A stretch of DNA of 62,911 nucleotides, filler included. It is 4 parts of 4 records of this genome, joined end to end, with 100 filler letters (N's around TTAATTAATTAA, not from the genome) between each part and the next. Parts side by side here need not be neighbours in the genome. Positions count along the whole stretch, not along the records: positions 1 to 11,932 come from SRR31156797_28457; positions 12,033 to 21,803 come from SRR31156797_28460; positions 21,904 to 43,838 come from SRR31156797_28464; 1 more part is not named here. One strand, given 5' to 3'. Positions within the stretch are counted from its first letter, which is position 1; each line of letters opens with the position of its first letter. A program made the translations under genes and the position numbers. Below, one piece after another: positions 11,646 through 22,075 of the stretch. The notes below the pieces were generated by a model that ran no database searches, had not been told where the DNA came from, and was given only the letters and a program-made list of their open reading frames with translations.

Positions 11646-11775
11646 TCGAAACCTCCTCACTATGCGACCTCCAATATCAAGCCTTTCTCAAAAAAGAAAC
11701 AGCCCCCCTTCTCTTTCCAAGTACACAAAAACCTTCTCTCCATCCCCGACTCACCAAACTCTTTTCTCTCCAACT

Positions 11776-11932
11776 GGAGCGCCTTGGGGTGCAAAGCACC
11801 CCAACAACGGCTCTCCTTCCCCGACCACGTGAGGTTTGTGAGAGTGGTGCAGATGTGCATTTTCTCGGGCGCAGTTTCACCGCAGGCGTAGCAGCGCTAC
11901 GGTGAGGATGAAACGAAGCCCGAAAAATGTGC
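11776..11932. repeat. REP/MITE-like extragenic palindromic element at contig end
   Basis: Hairpin TTGGGGTGC-AAA-GCACCCCAA (11784-11804) and a long nested inverted repeat CATTTTCTCGGGC..GTTTCA..CGTAGCAGCGCTACG..TGAAAC..GCCCGAAAAATG (11858-11929). Confidence 0.6.
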
Positions 11933-12032
11933 NNNNNNNNNNNNNNNNNNNNNNNNNNNNNNNNNNNNNNNNNNNNTTAATTAATTAANNNNNNNNNNNN
12001 NNNNNNNNNNNNNNNNNNNNNNNNNNNNNNNN
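11933..12032. other. Artificial contig linker
   Basis: N-run / TTAATTAATTAA (stops in all six frames) / N-run. Confidence 0.99.
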
Positions 12033-14450
12033 TCGGCGGAAATCATCATGTACGAGAGGGGCGAGTACATCAGCTACGCCAACTGCGGCCTGCCCTACTA
12101 TATCGGAGGCACCATAGCCGAAAGAGACAGGCTCTTCGTTCAGACCCCCGAAAGCTTTTCCCAGCTTCTGAATGTTGCGGTCAAGGTCAGACACGATGTC
12201 ATCGCCGTCAACAGGGACAGAAAGACCCTGACAATCAAGAATCTGACCACTGGAGAGATCCTGGAAGAGGGCTACGACAAGCTGGTCCTTTCCCCGGGGG
12301 CGGAGCCCCTGAAGCCGCCTATCCCCGGCATTGATTCAGATAAGATATTCACCATGAGGAATGTCCCCGACACGGACAGAATCAAGGCCTTCGTGGAGGA
12401 GAGGCAGCCCGGGCGGGCCGTGATCGTCGGCGCCGGATTCATCGGCCTGGAGATGGCCGAGAACCTCCATGACAAGGGCATCTTCGTCACCATCGTAGAG
12501 GCTGCCGATCAGGTGATGAACATCCTGGACTACGAGATGGCCGCAGAGGTCCACCAGCACCTGAAGGTCAAGGACGTGGAGTTCTACCTCAAGGACGGAG
12601 TCTCCTCCTTTTCGGACAAAGGGGAAAGCGTACACATCGCCCTTCAGAGCGGACGGGTGATAGAGGCCGATCTGATCATCCTTTCCATAGGAGTCAGGCC
12701 GGATGTCAAGCTGGCAGCCGATGCCGGACTGGAGATCGGAAGCACAGGGGGCATAAAGATCAACGAACACCTCCAGACCAGCGATCCCGATATCTACGCC
12801 CTGGGCGACGCCACCGAGTACCCCAATCCCATCACCGGAGATCCCCTGCGCGTCCCCCTGGCGGGGCCGGCCAACAAGCAGGGCCGCATGGTGGCGGACA
12901 ATATAATCGAGGGAGACAAACGCAGCTACAAGGGAACCATCGCCACGGGGATCGCCAAGGTCTTCGACCTGACCGTGGCCTCCACGGGACTGGCGGAAAA
13001 GCAGCTGGAGAGGATGGGAAAAGTCAGAAACAGGGATTTCCGGACCCTGGTCATGCACGGGACCAGCCACGCGGGCTACTATCCCGATGCCGATCCCATG
13101 ACCGTAAAGCTCATTTTCAATGACGAAAGAAAGGTTCTGGGAGCCCAGATCGTGGGCTATGACGGGGTGGACAAAAGGATCGACCTCTTCGCGGCCGTCC
13201 TGGGCTTCGGAGGGACGATAGACGATCTCCAGGAGATAGAACACGCCTATGCGCCCCCCTTCTCATCCGCCAAGGACCCTGTCAATATCGCCGGTTTCAT
13301 CGCCGAAAATATTCTGAACGGCTCCTCGAAGCATATCAGCTGGGGAGAGCTGCAGGAGCTTAACCGGGACGAGATATTTCTGCTGGACGTCCGCACCCCG
13401 GACGAGTACGGCATAGGCACCATCGAGGGGGCCGTGAATATTCCCCAGAACGAGATAAGGAGCCGCCTTGCCGAGATCCCCCGGGACAGGAAGGTCATCC
13501 TCTTCTGCGGCGTGGGCAAGAGGGCCTACATGTCCGAAAGGGTGCTCCGCCAGAAGGGCTTCGAGGAGCTGTACAACCTCTCTGGCGGTATGAAGACCTT
13601 TGAACTCTCCACCCGGAAGCAGAGCAACGAGGATATATTCGGCAGGGACTTCATCGGCGAGGACGACACCATCTACCAGGCCGATCCCCATGCGGCCGCC
13701 GGAGAGGCCGCCGGCCCCGTCAAGACTTTGGACGTGGATGCCTGCGGCCTTCAATGCCCCGGTCCGGTCCTGAAACTCAAGACAGAGATGGACTCCCTCA
13801 AGCCGGGAGAGATGATCCGGGAAACCGCCACGGATCCCGGCTTCGCCAAGGATGTCTACGCCTGGGCCAAGATGACCGGCAACAGCGTCGTTTCGGTGGA
13901 ACAGAGCGGTCCCAAGGTCATCGCCACCATCAGGAAGGGCGGCTCTCCCGCCCCCGCGCAAAGGGGAGGCGGCCCCCAGAAGGGCACCAGCCTGATCCTC
14001 TTCTCCGACGACCTGGACAAGGCCCTGGCCACCATGGTCATCGCCAACGGAGCCATCTCCGCAGGCAAGCAGGTGACCGTTTTCTTCACCTTCTGGGGAC
14101 TCTCCTTCCTCAAGAAGCGCAGGAAGCCCTCCGGCGTGAAGAAGGACTTTATGGGCAAGATGTTCGGCATGATGCTTCCCTCCCACAGCGGCAAGCTGGC
14201 CCTCTCCAAGATGGATATGGGCGGCATGGGCTCATGGATGATGAAGAAACGCATGAAGGCCCTGGGCGTGGACAGCGTGGAAGAGATGCTGGCCCAGGCC
14301 ATGGAGAACGGCATACGCCTTGTGGCCTGCCAGATGTCCATGGACGTGATGGGGGTGAAGGAAGAGGAGCTGATGGACGGCGTCGAGATAGGCGGCGTGG
14401 CGACCTTCCTGGCGGCAGCCGACGAGTCGCAGACCAATATGTTTATCTGA
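12033..14450 (+). CDS. CoA-disulfide/persulfide reductase fused to rhodanese, TusA/SirA and DsrE2-like domains (5' truncated)
   Basis: SYANCGLPY catalytic Cys, GAGFIGLE, HAYAPPFS, rhodanese LDVRTPDEY..FCGVGKRA, TusA LDVDACGLQCPGP, DsrE2 FFTFWG..ACQMSMDVMG. Confidence 0.93.
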   Translation, partial: SAEIIMYERGEYISYANCGLPYYIGGTIAERDRLFVQTPESFSQLLNVAVKVRHDVIAVNRDRKTLTIKNLTTGEILEEGYDKLVLSPGAEPLKPPIPGIDSDKIFTMRNVPDTDRIKAFVEERQPGRAVIVGAGFIGLEMAENLHDKGIFVTIVEAADQVMNILDYEMAAEVHQHLKVKDVEFYLKDGVSSFSDKGESVHIALQSGRVIEADLIILSIGVRPDVKLAADAGLEIGSTGGIKINEHLQTSDPDIYALGDATEYPNPITGDPLRVPLAGPANKQGRMVADNIIEGDKRSYKGTIATGIAKVFDLTVASTGLAEKQLERMGKVRNRDFRTLVMHGTSHAGYYPDADPMTVKLIFNDERKVLGAQIVGYDGVDKRIDLFAAVLGFGGTIDDLQEIEHAYAPPFSSAKDPVNIAGFIAENILNGSSKHISWGELQELNRDEIFLLDVRTPDEYGIGTIEGAVNIPQNEIRSRLAEIPRDRKVILFCGVGKRAYMSERVLRQKGFEELYNLSGGMKTFELSTRKQSNEDIFGRDFIGEDDTIYQADPHAAAGEAAGPVKTLDVDACGLQCPGPVLKLKTEMDSLKPGEMIRETATDPGFAKDVYAWAKMTGNSVVSVEQSGPKVIATIRKGGSPAPAQRGGGPQKGTSLILFSDDLDKALATMVIANGAISAGKQVTVFFTFWGLSFLKKRRKPSGVKKDFMGKMFGMMLPSHSGKLALSKMDMGGMGSWMMKKRMKALGVDSVEEMLAQAMENGIRLVACQMSMDVMGVKEEELMDGVEIGGVATFLAAADESQTNMFI

Positions 14451-14491
14451 TCTGAAGAGAATGCTTCGGATGATTGATAAGAAATAGCCTG

Positions 14492-14567
14492 AAGGGACGG
14501 TCCGTCGGATCGAACTCGCTTCCCGGTCCTTCGACCTGCGACACGATCCGTAATCGTCCTTTTTTTC
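14492..14567 (+). terminator. Long hairpin plus T-tract, probable terminator
   Basis: AAGGGACG/CGTCCTTT outer stem, CGGATCG/CGATCCG and GGTC-CTTC-GACC inner stems, then a T-run. Confidence 0.55.
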
Positions 14568-14647
14568 CGCTTTACCAGATATCCGGTGTTACGTTACAGT
14601 AGAAAGGGATATTCTCATCCGCACTTATAAACAACAAGGATTAATAA

Positions 14648-15211
14648 ATGGCTGTTGAATTATCGAAAGAACTGTCCGACCGGATCGTATCCATTTTGTT
14701 CAAGATTACCGAAAAACCGGTAAATCTGATCGATAAGAAAGGAGTGGTCGTTTCAGCCGCTGAAAAAGAGCGGATCGGCAAGGTTCACGAAGCGGGCAAG
14801 ATGGTGGTCAGCTCCGATGTGGAAGAACTTGCGGTAACCGAAGAGATGGCCGCCACCATGGCCAACACGAAGACCGGCTATATCGGAAGGATCATATACA
14901 AGGGACAAATCATAGGCGGCATAGGCATAGGCGGAAATCCCGAAGTCGCCAGGCCTCTTCAGAAACTGGCGGAGGTGCTGATCAAGGACGCCCTGGAACT
15001 GGAGGAGCATCAGGAGAAGGAGAGGCAGCTGCGACAGGAGATGATCTACAGCATCACCGATATCTCGGAGACCATGCAGGTGCTGTCCCTGAACGGATCC
15101 ATCCAGGCGGCAAAACTGGGACACAGCGGAGAGGCCTTCAAGGTCGTTTCGGATGAGATGAACAAACTGGCCGGTTCCATAAGCGAGGTTATTCAGCAGT
15201 TTTCAAGCTGA
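14648..15211 (+). CDS. Small cytoplasmic chemoreceptor-like protein: CdaR-type sugar-diacid recognition domain plus MCP signalling tip
   Basis: N-terminal PVNLIDKKGVVVSA..ERIGKVHEAG..IGGIGIGGNPE; C-terminal QVLSLNGSIQAAKLGHSGEAFKVVSDEMNKLA. Confidence 0.75.
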   Translation: MAVELSKELSDRIVSILFKITEKPVNLIDKKGVVVSAAEKERIGKVHEAGKMVVSSDVEELAVTEEMAATMANTKTGYIGRIIYKGQIIGGIGIGGNPEVARPLQKLAEVLIKDALELEEHQEKERQLRQEMIYSITDISETMQVLSLNGSIQAAKLGHSGEAFKVVSDEMNKLAGSISEVIQQFSS

Positions 15212-15383
15212 TTGCCACGCCAACATTGTGAACATTATATACAGAAAAAACGGTATCGAAAGAATATTGTTTAACATTTTGTTATTTTCTATATAATCGG
15301 ATTCGTCCATAATGGGCGCAGCATGATTGATTGCTGCTATGCTTTCCTTGCTTGATTTTAATACAGGAAGCACATATCCCACC

Positions 15384-15422
15384 GGGAGCAGCTTTACTGC
15401 AGAGGAGCTGCTCCCATTTTTT
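15384..15422 (+). terminator. Intrinsic terminator
   Basis: GGGAGCAGCT (15384-15393) / AGCTGCTCCC (15406-15415) 10-bp stem followed by ATTTTTT. Confidence 0.8.
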
Positions 15423-15477
15423 CAATTCAACGCTTGGCCCGTACGATCTCTGCGAAATCCTTGACAGGGAGGTCTGA

Positions 15478-16131
15478 TCAGTCCGCCTTCCTCTTCACCG
15501 CTATCAGCTGTTTCCTGATAATGGTGTAGTACTCCCTGATGACGAACTCGGCCAGCAGGGCGTTTCCCTCCTCTATGGCCTCTACGATCTTGGGACCTTC
15601 GACCAGTAGGCCGTCAACATCCTTCTCTCCGAAAAATCGGTTTTTGACGATAGAGGCAAGAAAGGGCTCAAGCAGAAAACGGACCTTCTTATCCCCCTCA
15701 ATCAGATAGGGATTCCCCGAAGCCTCCATTATGCTTTTGATGAACCGGGCACTGATTTCATCCACGAATCCGGGGTTGTTTTCGGCGACAGCCAGCTCGG
15801 TCAGACGAATGAATTCCCTCAGTTTCGCCAGCACTTCGCTCCGGTCTTCGTCCTGACTGATCTTGCGAACGGCCGTGCAGATGATGGCCACATGGAAGTC
15901 CAGGGCATGGGCCAGATCCTCTCCGGTGGGTTCCACGATCCGGCTGCCCGCATTGGGAGTCCGTATCACAAGCCCGTCCGCTTCCAGAATCCCAAGGGTT
16001 TCCCTGGCTATGGTCCGGCTGACCTTATAGCGTTCGGTCAGCAAACTCTCTTTCAGCCGCTCTCCGTGCTTGAACTCCCCTCTGCCGATGGCAAGGCGGA
16101 TAAGCGCGGCAATATTATCAGCAGATCCCAT
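15478..16131 (-). CDS. GntR-family regulator (FCD domain)
   Basis: GEFKHGERLKE..LTERYKVSRTIARETL..LEADGLV wHTH and ASGNPYL FCD motif. ATG at 16131 follows AGAGGGA. Confidence 0.88.
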   Translation of the reverse strand: MGSADNIAALIRLAIGRGEFKHGERLKESLLTERYKVSRTIARETLGILEADGLVIRTPNAGSRIVEPTGEDLAHALDFHVAIICTAVRKISQDEDRSEVLAKLREFIRLTELAVAENNPGFVDEISARFIKSIMEASGNPYLIEGDKKVRFLLEPFLASIVKNRFFGEKDVDGLLVEGPKIVEAIEEGNALLAEFVIREYYTIIRKQLIAVKRKAD

Positions 16132-16350
16132 GAACGTCCCTCTTTTCTCTGAGCTTGATCCTATTTTCTCATATGCTCCCTCTTTTCTCAACATAGGCAT
16201 TTCGTACACAATAAATACATTAATAAACTTTGCTTAACATATTGTTCTACACTTGTTTATATTCTAATTCGGATAATTTGTGTAAATTCGCTTTTTGAAA
16301 TGAGTGGAAACTATACTTCTACTCATAAGCGAAATCAAAGGAACAAGGAC

Positions 16351-17685
16351 ATGTTGAAAAAACTTAACTCCGCCCCCGCGGCCCTTATTTTCACAGTTTT
16401 ACTGCTACTGTTAGCTAATATTGACCTTCAGGCAATAGAGATCTCGGAAGACCAGGCGGTCGAATTGGCGCTCAAGGAGAATCTGAGTCTGCAGCAGAGC
16501 AGCATTGACCTTGAGATGAAAGAGAGGGCGGCCGGATCGGTATGGAACCGATTTCTCCCCGATATATATGCCGGTGCCAATCTGATGAGATCGGAATCCA
16601 GAATGGAAGACCCTCTCTACGGTCAGTTCATTACAGAGCCCTGGTACCTGAGTGCCTTTGTCAACATGGAGTTGAACCTGTCGGCCTCAACCGCCTCAAA
16701 CATCCTGGCCACCCGGCAGGAGTATGAGGGAGGGCAGATCGATTACGAAACCGCCGCCCGGGCGCTGGAAAGGGACGTGCGCATACAGTACAACGACCTT
16801 CTGATCACGAAGGAGACTATCGGCATCTACGAACAGATGGTGGAAACGGCTCTGAAGAACTACGAACGCTCCAAGCTCAACTTCGAACTGGGCAACGCCC
16901 GCAAGGTGGATATGCTTAGCTATCAGGTCAACTACGAGAGCCAGAAACCCGTATTGATCAATGCGCAGAACACCTTCGAAACCAAGATGCTGGAGTTCAA
17001 GCGTATCATAGGCCTGTCATCCGATGATCAAGTGGAACTTCAGGGCAGCATCAGCCAGGATGTCAGGTCCGCTGAAAATGCTGAAGCCCTGATCTCCAGA
17101 GGGTTGAAAAACAATCTGCAGCTCCAGTCCATCCGCAACGGCATGGAAGTGCTGAAACTTCGAAAGAGGGAGGCGGCTCTGGGGACCAGGACACCTCAGT
17201 TCGGCATCAAGTACCAATACATAGACTCGCTTTACGATCCCGCCGACGCGGACTGGGGAGACGACTGGAACGACAGCGCCAGCCAGTTGGATCTCACCCT
17301 CACCCTCCCCCTGAACGGCTTTATCCCAAACTCGGAGATGAACCTTCAGGTGAAGGATCTGAACGACGAATTGAAGAAAATGGAGCTCCTTTACAAGGAT
17401 GCCACCCGCCAGACCGGCCAGGCCATCCAGGAGATGATCCTGAATATAAACATGCTCGTTAAGACCATTGAGGTTCACCGGCTCAGTATTGAACTGGCCA
17501 GGGAAAACTACGCCATCACCGAGAAATCCTATTTTGAAGGCGCCGCCGACTATCTTCAGGTGCAAAGCGCCCAGGACGAACTCAACCAGGCGCAGATCAA
17601 TGAAAAGAACGCCGTATTGAACTACCTTTCGTCCAGGCTCTACCTGGACTATATGCTCAACGACAATCGGAAACAGGAGGAATAA
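16351..17685 (+). CDS. TolC-family outer membrane efflux protein
   Basis: Signal peptide, ISEDQAVELALKEN start, two OEP repeats; first gene of the RND operon. Confidence 0.85.
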   Translation: MLKKLNSAPAALIFTVLLLLLANIDLQAIEISEDQAVELALKENLSLQQSSIDLEMKERAAGSVWNRFLPDIYAGANLMRSESRMEDPLYGQFITEPWYLSAFVNMELNLSASTASNILATRQEYEGGQIDYETAARALERDVRIQYNDLLITKETIGIYEQMVETALKNYERSKLNFELGNARKVDMLSYQVNYESQKPVLINAQNTFETKMLEFKRIIGLSSDDQVELQGSISQDVRSAENAEALISRGLKNNLQLQSIRNGMEVLKLRKREAALGTRTPQFGIKYQYIDSLYDPADADWGDDWNDSASQLDLTLTLPLNGFIPNSEMNLQVKDLNDELKKMELLYKDATRQTGQAIQEMILNINMLVKTIEVHRLSIELARENYAITEKSYFEGAADYLQVQSAQDELNQAQINEKNAVLNYLSSRLYLDYMLNDNRKQEE

Positions 17686-18825
17686 ATGAAGGCTAAAAAG
17701 GAAATCAGAAAAAGAATGGAAGAACGTTTTCCCGATTACGAAAGCTTCTGCGCCCACAGAAGAAAAATGAGGATCATCGTCCTCGTGATAGTGGCCGCGA
17801 TTATCGTAGGCGGTCAGTTTCTGAAGAAACCGGCGGAGGTACTGGAAGAGGAGATGCAGATCCGCCCCGCCAAAGTACTGACCCTCAAAGGGGAAGACCA
17901 TATCATACGCCGGGTTTTCCCGGGCCGGGTCAAGGCCTCCCAGAATATTGACCTGACCTTTGACGTCCCCGGACGTCTCATGAAATTTGAGATACTGGAA
18001 GGGGACGCGCTGAAGAAGGGCGACCTTGTAGCCCGCCTGGAACCCGGCGACTATCAGAGCAACATGAATGCGGCCCGGGCCCAGTTTGAGAAAGCCGAGC
18101 TGGACTATAAACGCTCTGTGGAACTCTTCCAGAACGAGTTGATCGCCGCATCCAAGCTGGAGTTCGATAAGGTGAACTACGATGTGGCCAGATCGGCCTA
18201 CGATACGGCCCAGAGAGCCTATGAAGATACCTTTATCTATGCGCCCTATGACGGCGTGGTGGCCAAGAAGTACGTGGACAGCCTGATCCAGGTTTCTCCG
18301 GGAATGCCCGTGATCAACTTTCAGTCCCTGAACAAGATAGACCTCACCATCGACCTGCCCGAGAGCATGATGGTCTTTTACCCGACCCATGAAGGGCTTT
18401 TCACGGCCCGCTTCGCGGACGCGGAGAAAACCTATCCCCTGGAAGTGAAGGAGTTCTCCGCCATAGCCGACACCCAGACCAAGACCTACGGCGTCACCCT
18501 GACCATGGACCGTCCCGAGGATCAGCTGATTTTGACTGGAATGACGGCCACGGTCATACTGGAGCTGCGCCGCCAGGCCGAAGAGAGCGAAGATATCTTC
18601 TATATCCCCGCCAAGGCGGTTGTCTACGACGTGAAGTCCAGGCAGTCCATGGTCTGGGTGGTGGATGAAAACAAGGCCGTCCGGACGCGCCTGATAGAGA
18701 CCGGTTCCGTATCGGGAGACCAGATCCAGATAACCGGCGGACTGGAAAAGGGAGAGATCGTCGTGGTAGCGGGAGCCCACCAGCTCTCGGAAGGCCAGGT
18801 CATCCGCTTCTACAACGAAGGATAA
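17686..18825 (+). CDS. RND efflux periplasmic adaptor (MFP)
   Basis: TM anchor, lipoyl-like PGRL..EGDALKKGDLVARL, IYAPYDGVV and GLEKGEIVVVAG. Confidence 0.93.
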   Translation: MKAKKEIRKRMEERFPDYESFCAHRRKMRIIVLVIVAAIIVGGQFLKKPAEVLEEEMQIRPAKVLTLKGEDHIIRRVFPGRVKASQNIDLTFDVPGRLMKFEILEGDALKKGDLVARLEPGDYQSNMNAARAQFEKAELDYKRSVELFQNELIAASKLEFDKVNYDVARSAYDTAQRAYEDTFIYAPYDGVVAKKYVDSLIQVSPGMPVINFQSLNKIDLTIDLPESMMVFYPTHEGLFTARFADAEKTYPLEVKEFSAIADTQTKTYGVTLTMDRPEDQLILTGMTATVILELRRQAEESEDIFYIPAKAVVYDVKSRQSMVWVVDENKAVRTRLIETGSVSGDQIQITGGLEKGEIVVVAGAHQLSEGQVIRFYNEG

Positions 18826-18828
18826 TCC

Positions 18829-21803
18829 ATGAACATTGCAGAGTTTTCCATACAGAAAAAGACCATCGTCTATCTGTTCTCCTTCCTTCTGCTTGTGGGA
18901 GGGTATATAGGATTCGACAAGGTCGGGCGCCTGGAGGATCCCGACTTCACCATCAACGTGGTTAAGGTGATCACAGCCTATCCCGGGGCGGAACCTCAGG
19001 AAGTGGAAGAAGAGGTCACCGATATCATAGAACAGTATGTCCAGAAGATCCCGGAACTGAAATACGTCAACTCCGAATCCTCCTACGGCATGTCCATCGT
19101 GACGGTCAACTACAAGGACGGATTTAACGGAGAGGAGTACCGCCAGCTCTATGATGAGCTGCGCAAAAGGATGACCGACGCCCAGCTCTCTCTGCCGGAG
19201 GGAGTCTATCCCACATTTGTCTTCGACGATTTCAAGGATGTGTACGGCATCATGTACGCCATCACCGGCGACGGCTATACCATGAGCGAGCTCAACGACT
19301 ATGCAGAGTATGTCCAGAAACAGCTGTTGCTCGTTCCCGGTGTTTCCAAGGTGGAGCTGATGAGCGCGCCCAGGGAGGTGGTTTACCTCGAGATGTCCCG
19401 GTCCAAGCTGGTGAGCATGGGCTTATCGGAGGAGGATATCTATTCCCTGATCCAGTATCAGAACACAATCGTTGACAGCGGTACGGTACAGATGGGAGGA
19501 GAACGGATCCAGTTCCAGGTCTCCGGCAGCTTCGCAACCGTCCAGAGCCTGGGGGACATAGTCATCGCCTCGGCGGGGGACAGAAACATCTACCTTTCGG
19601 ATATAGCCAATATCTTTATGGGCTATGAGGATCCCGCGTCCGGAATCTTCCGCTACAACGGGGAGAGGGCCATCGGCCTGGGGATCTCGGTAATCACCAC
19701 GGAAAATGTGGTCGAGGTGGGGGAAAGGATCAACCAAAGGCTCAAGGAGCTGGAAGGGCTGACCCCTGTCGGTCTTGAGATGCAGAACATCTTCAACCAG
19801 CCCGATGCGGTCACCCGTGCGGTGGATAACTTCCTCATAAGCCTGGTCCAGGCGGTGGCCATAGTCATCGCCCTGCTGATGGTCTTCATGGGCCTTCAGA
19901 GCGGCATTATAATCGGAGGCATCCTGATCCTGATCATCGCGGGAACTCTGCTCTTTATGTACCTTTTCAATATCACCCTTCAGAGGATCTCCCTGGGCGC
20001 CCTGATCATAGCCATGGGTATGCTGGTGGACAACTCCATTGTCGTCACCGAGGGGATTCTCGTCCGTTACCAGAAGGGTGAAGACAGGCTTGAGGCTGCC
20101 AAAAAAGTGGTGAGTCAGAGCATCTGGCCCCTTTTCGGCGCCACCATCGTGGCGATCATCGCCTTCGCCTCGGTGGGCATGTCCCCCGACTCGGCGGGAG
20201 AGTTCACCAAGACACTCTTCTACGTCATCATCATCTCACTCATGCTGAGTTGGATTCTGGCCGTCTCCCTCAATCCCCTGGTCTGCTATCAGTTCCTCAA
20301 GGTGAAACCCCTGACCAACCGGGACGCCCAACTGGGCGGGCAGGTAATGACGGGTTACAAAGCCTTTCTTCGCAGCTGCCTCAACTTCAAATGGATTACC
20401 CTGATGGTGGTCATCGCCGTCCTCGTGATGTCTGTGAAGGGCCTGGGCTTCGTGGAAACAGCCTTTTTTCCCGACTCCACGCAGCCCCAGTTCATGATCG
20501 ACTACTGGATGCCCGAGGGAACGGATATCGATGAAACCCAAGAGGGGATGAAGGAAATCGAAAAGATTCTTCTTCAGGAGGAGCATATAACCAGGGTTTC
20601 CACTTTTGTGGGCGAGGCGCCTCTTCGCTTTCAGCTGACCTTCAGCCCCGAATCGGGAAACAGCAAATACGGCATGTTCCTGATAGAGGTGGATGACAAC
20701 GAGGTTCTGAAAGAGATGATACCCCGGCTCCAGAAAACCCTTTCGGACAGCTTCTTCGAGCCCACGATCCAGGTCCTCACCTTCGCCATAGGGCCCGGAG
20801 GAAAGGGAACCGTAGCCACCAGGATCTACGGCCCCGACCCCGATGTGCTCAGGGAGATCAGCGAAGAGATCAAGACCATCTACAAGAGCACCGAAAACGC
20901 CGCCGCCATCCGGGACACCTGGGGCGAGAGGATCAAGGCTCTTGATATCGAGGTAGACGAGTTTCAGGCCCGCCGCGTGGGCATTACAAGGCCCCAGATA
21001 AACCTGGCCCTGAAACAGGGTTTCGACGGACGGACCGTGGGCGTCTTCCGGAGCGGCAACAAACAGATGCCCATCATCTCCATCCCCCCGGAGAACGAAC
21101 GCAACGATATCGGTTTCGTTCAGGATCTTTATGTGCACAGTCCCGTGACGGGGAGCTCTATCCCACTGACCCAGCTGGTGAAGGAGCACAAGTTCGTCTG
21201 GAAGGACAAGGTTATCAACAGACGTGACAGAAGCCGAATGATCACGGTTCAGTGCGATCCCCTGGAGGGCCGCCCCAGCGTGCTCTTCGAGCAGGTGCGG
21301 CCTGCCATTGACGCGCTTGCGCTGCCTCCGGGCTATCATATAGAACACGGCGGAGAGTATGAGAATTCGAGGGACGCCCAGGCTATGGTCATGGGAAACC
21401 TTCCCCTGGCTGTTCTGGCCATGTTCCTGACCATTGTGGTTCTCTGGAACGCCTTCCGGCAGCCTATCATCATCTTCCTCTCCATCCCCCTGTCTATCAT
21501 CGGGGTGGTGATCGGCCTGCTGGTGACGGGCACGCCTTTCAGTTTCATGGCCATCATGGGGCTGCTCTCCCTCTTCGGGATGGTGATCAAAAACGCCATC
21601 GTTCTGGTGGACGAATTCGACCTGAGGATGGCTGCGGGCGGAGATCCTTTTGAGAACATCGTAGAGGCCTCTATTACCAGGGTAAGGCCCGTTATGATGG
21701 CGGCCTTTTCCACCATACTGGGAATGTTCCCCCTCCTATCGGACAGCTTCTTCCAGGGCATGGCGGTGACCATCATGTTCGGACTGGCTGTGGCCTCGGT
21801 GAT
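18829..21803 (+). CDS. RND efflux permease (AcrB/AcrD/AcrF family), 3' truncated by gap
   Basis: LEDPDF, YPGAEPQEVE, GMLVDNSIVVTE, GMVIKNAIVLVD and RVRPVMM motifs. Confidence 0.95.
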
Positions 21804-21903
21804 NNNNNNNNNNNNNNNNNNNNNNNNNNNNNNNNNNNNNNNNNNNNTTAATTAATTAANNNNNNNNNNNNNNNNNNNNNNNNNNNNNNNNNNNNNNNNN
21901 NNN
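21804..21903. other. Artificial contig linker
   Basis: N-run / TTAATTAATTAA / N-run. Confidence 0.99.
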
Positions 21904-22011
21904 AAAAAGATTCACGACTCGGGCCACACCGAAGACCAAGGAGAATCCCACAGCGAGCAGTGCATAGATGGAACTCTGTACCGCTCCGTATACGAGGATT
22001 TCAAGAAGCAT
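21904..22011 (-). CDS. Branched-chain amino acid (LivH-type) ABC permease, N-terminal fragment
   Basis: Manual translation MLLEILVYGAVQSSIYALLAVGFSLVFGVARVVNL after GGAGGT RBS; runs into the gap. Confidence 0.85.
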
Positions 22012-22075
22012 TCAAGCTTACCTCCGCCTCTATTCTCTAAAGTCGTTCCCTGAAACTGATCAGTCCAAGAGGTGA

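Noticed and set aside
11977-11988. TTAATTAATTAA repeated three times in the window, and ORFs running into N runs
   Set aside because: Artificial six-frame-stop linker; any cross-gap gene neighbourhood is also meaningless.
17017-18780. 587-aa minus-strand ORF, and similar long ORFs (12336-13244, 13263-14186, 20236-21348)
   Set aside because: Antisense shadows of well-supported GC-rich genes; no motifs.
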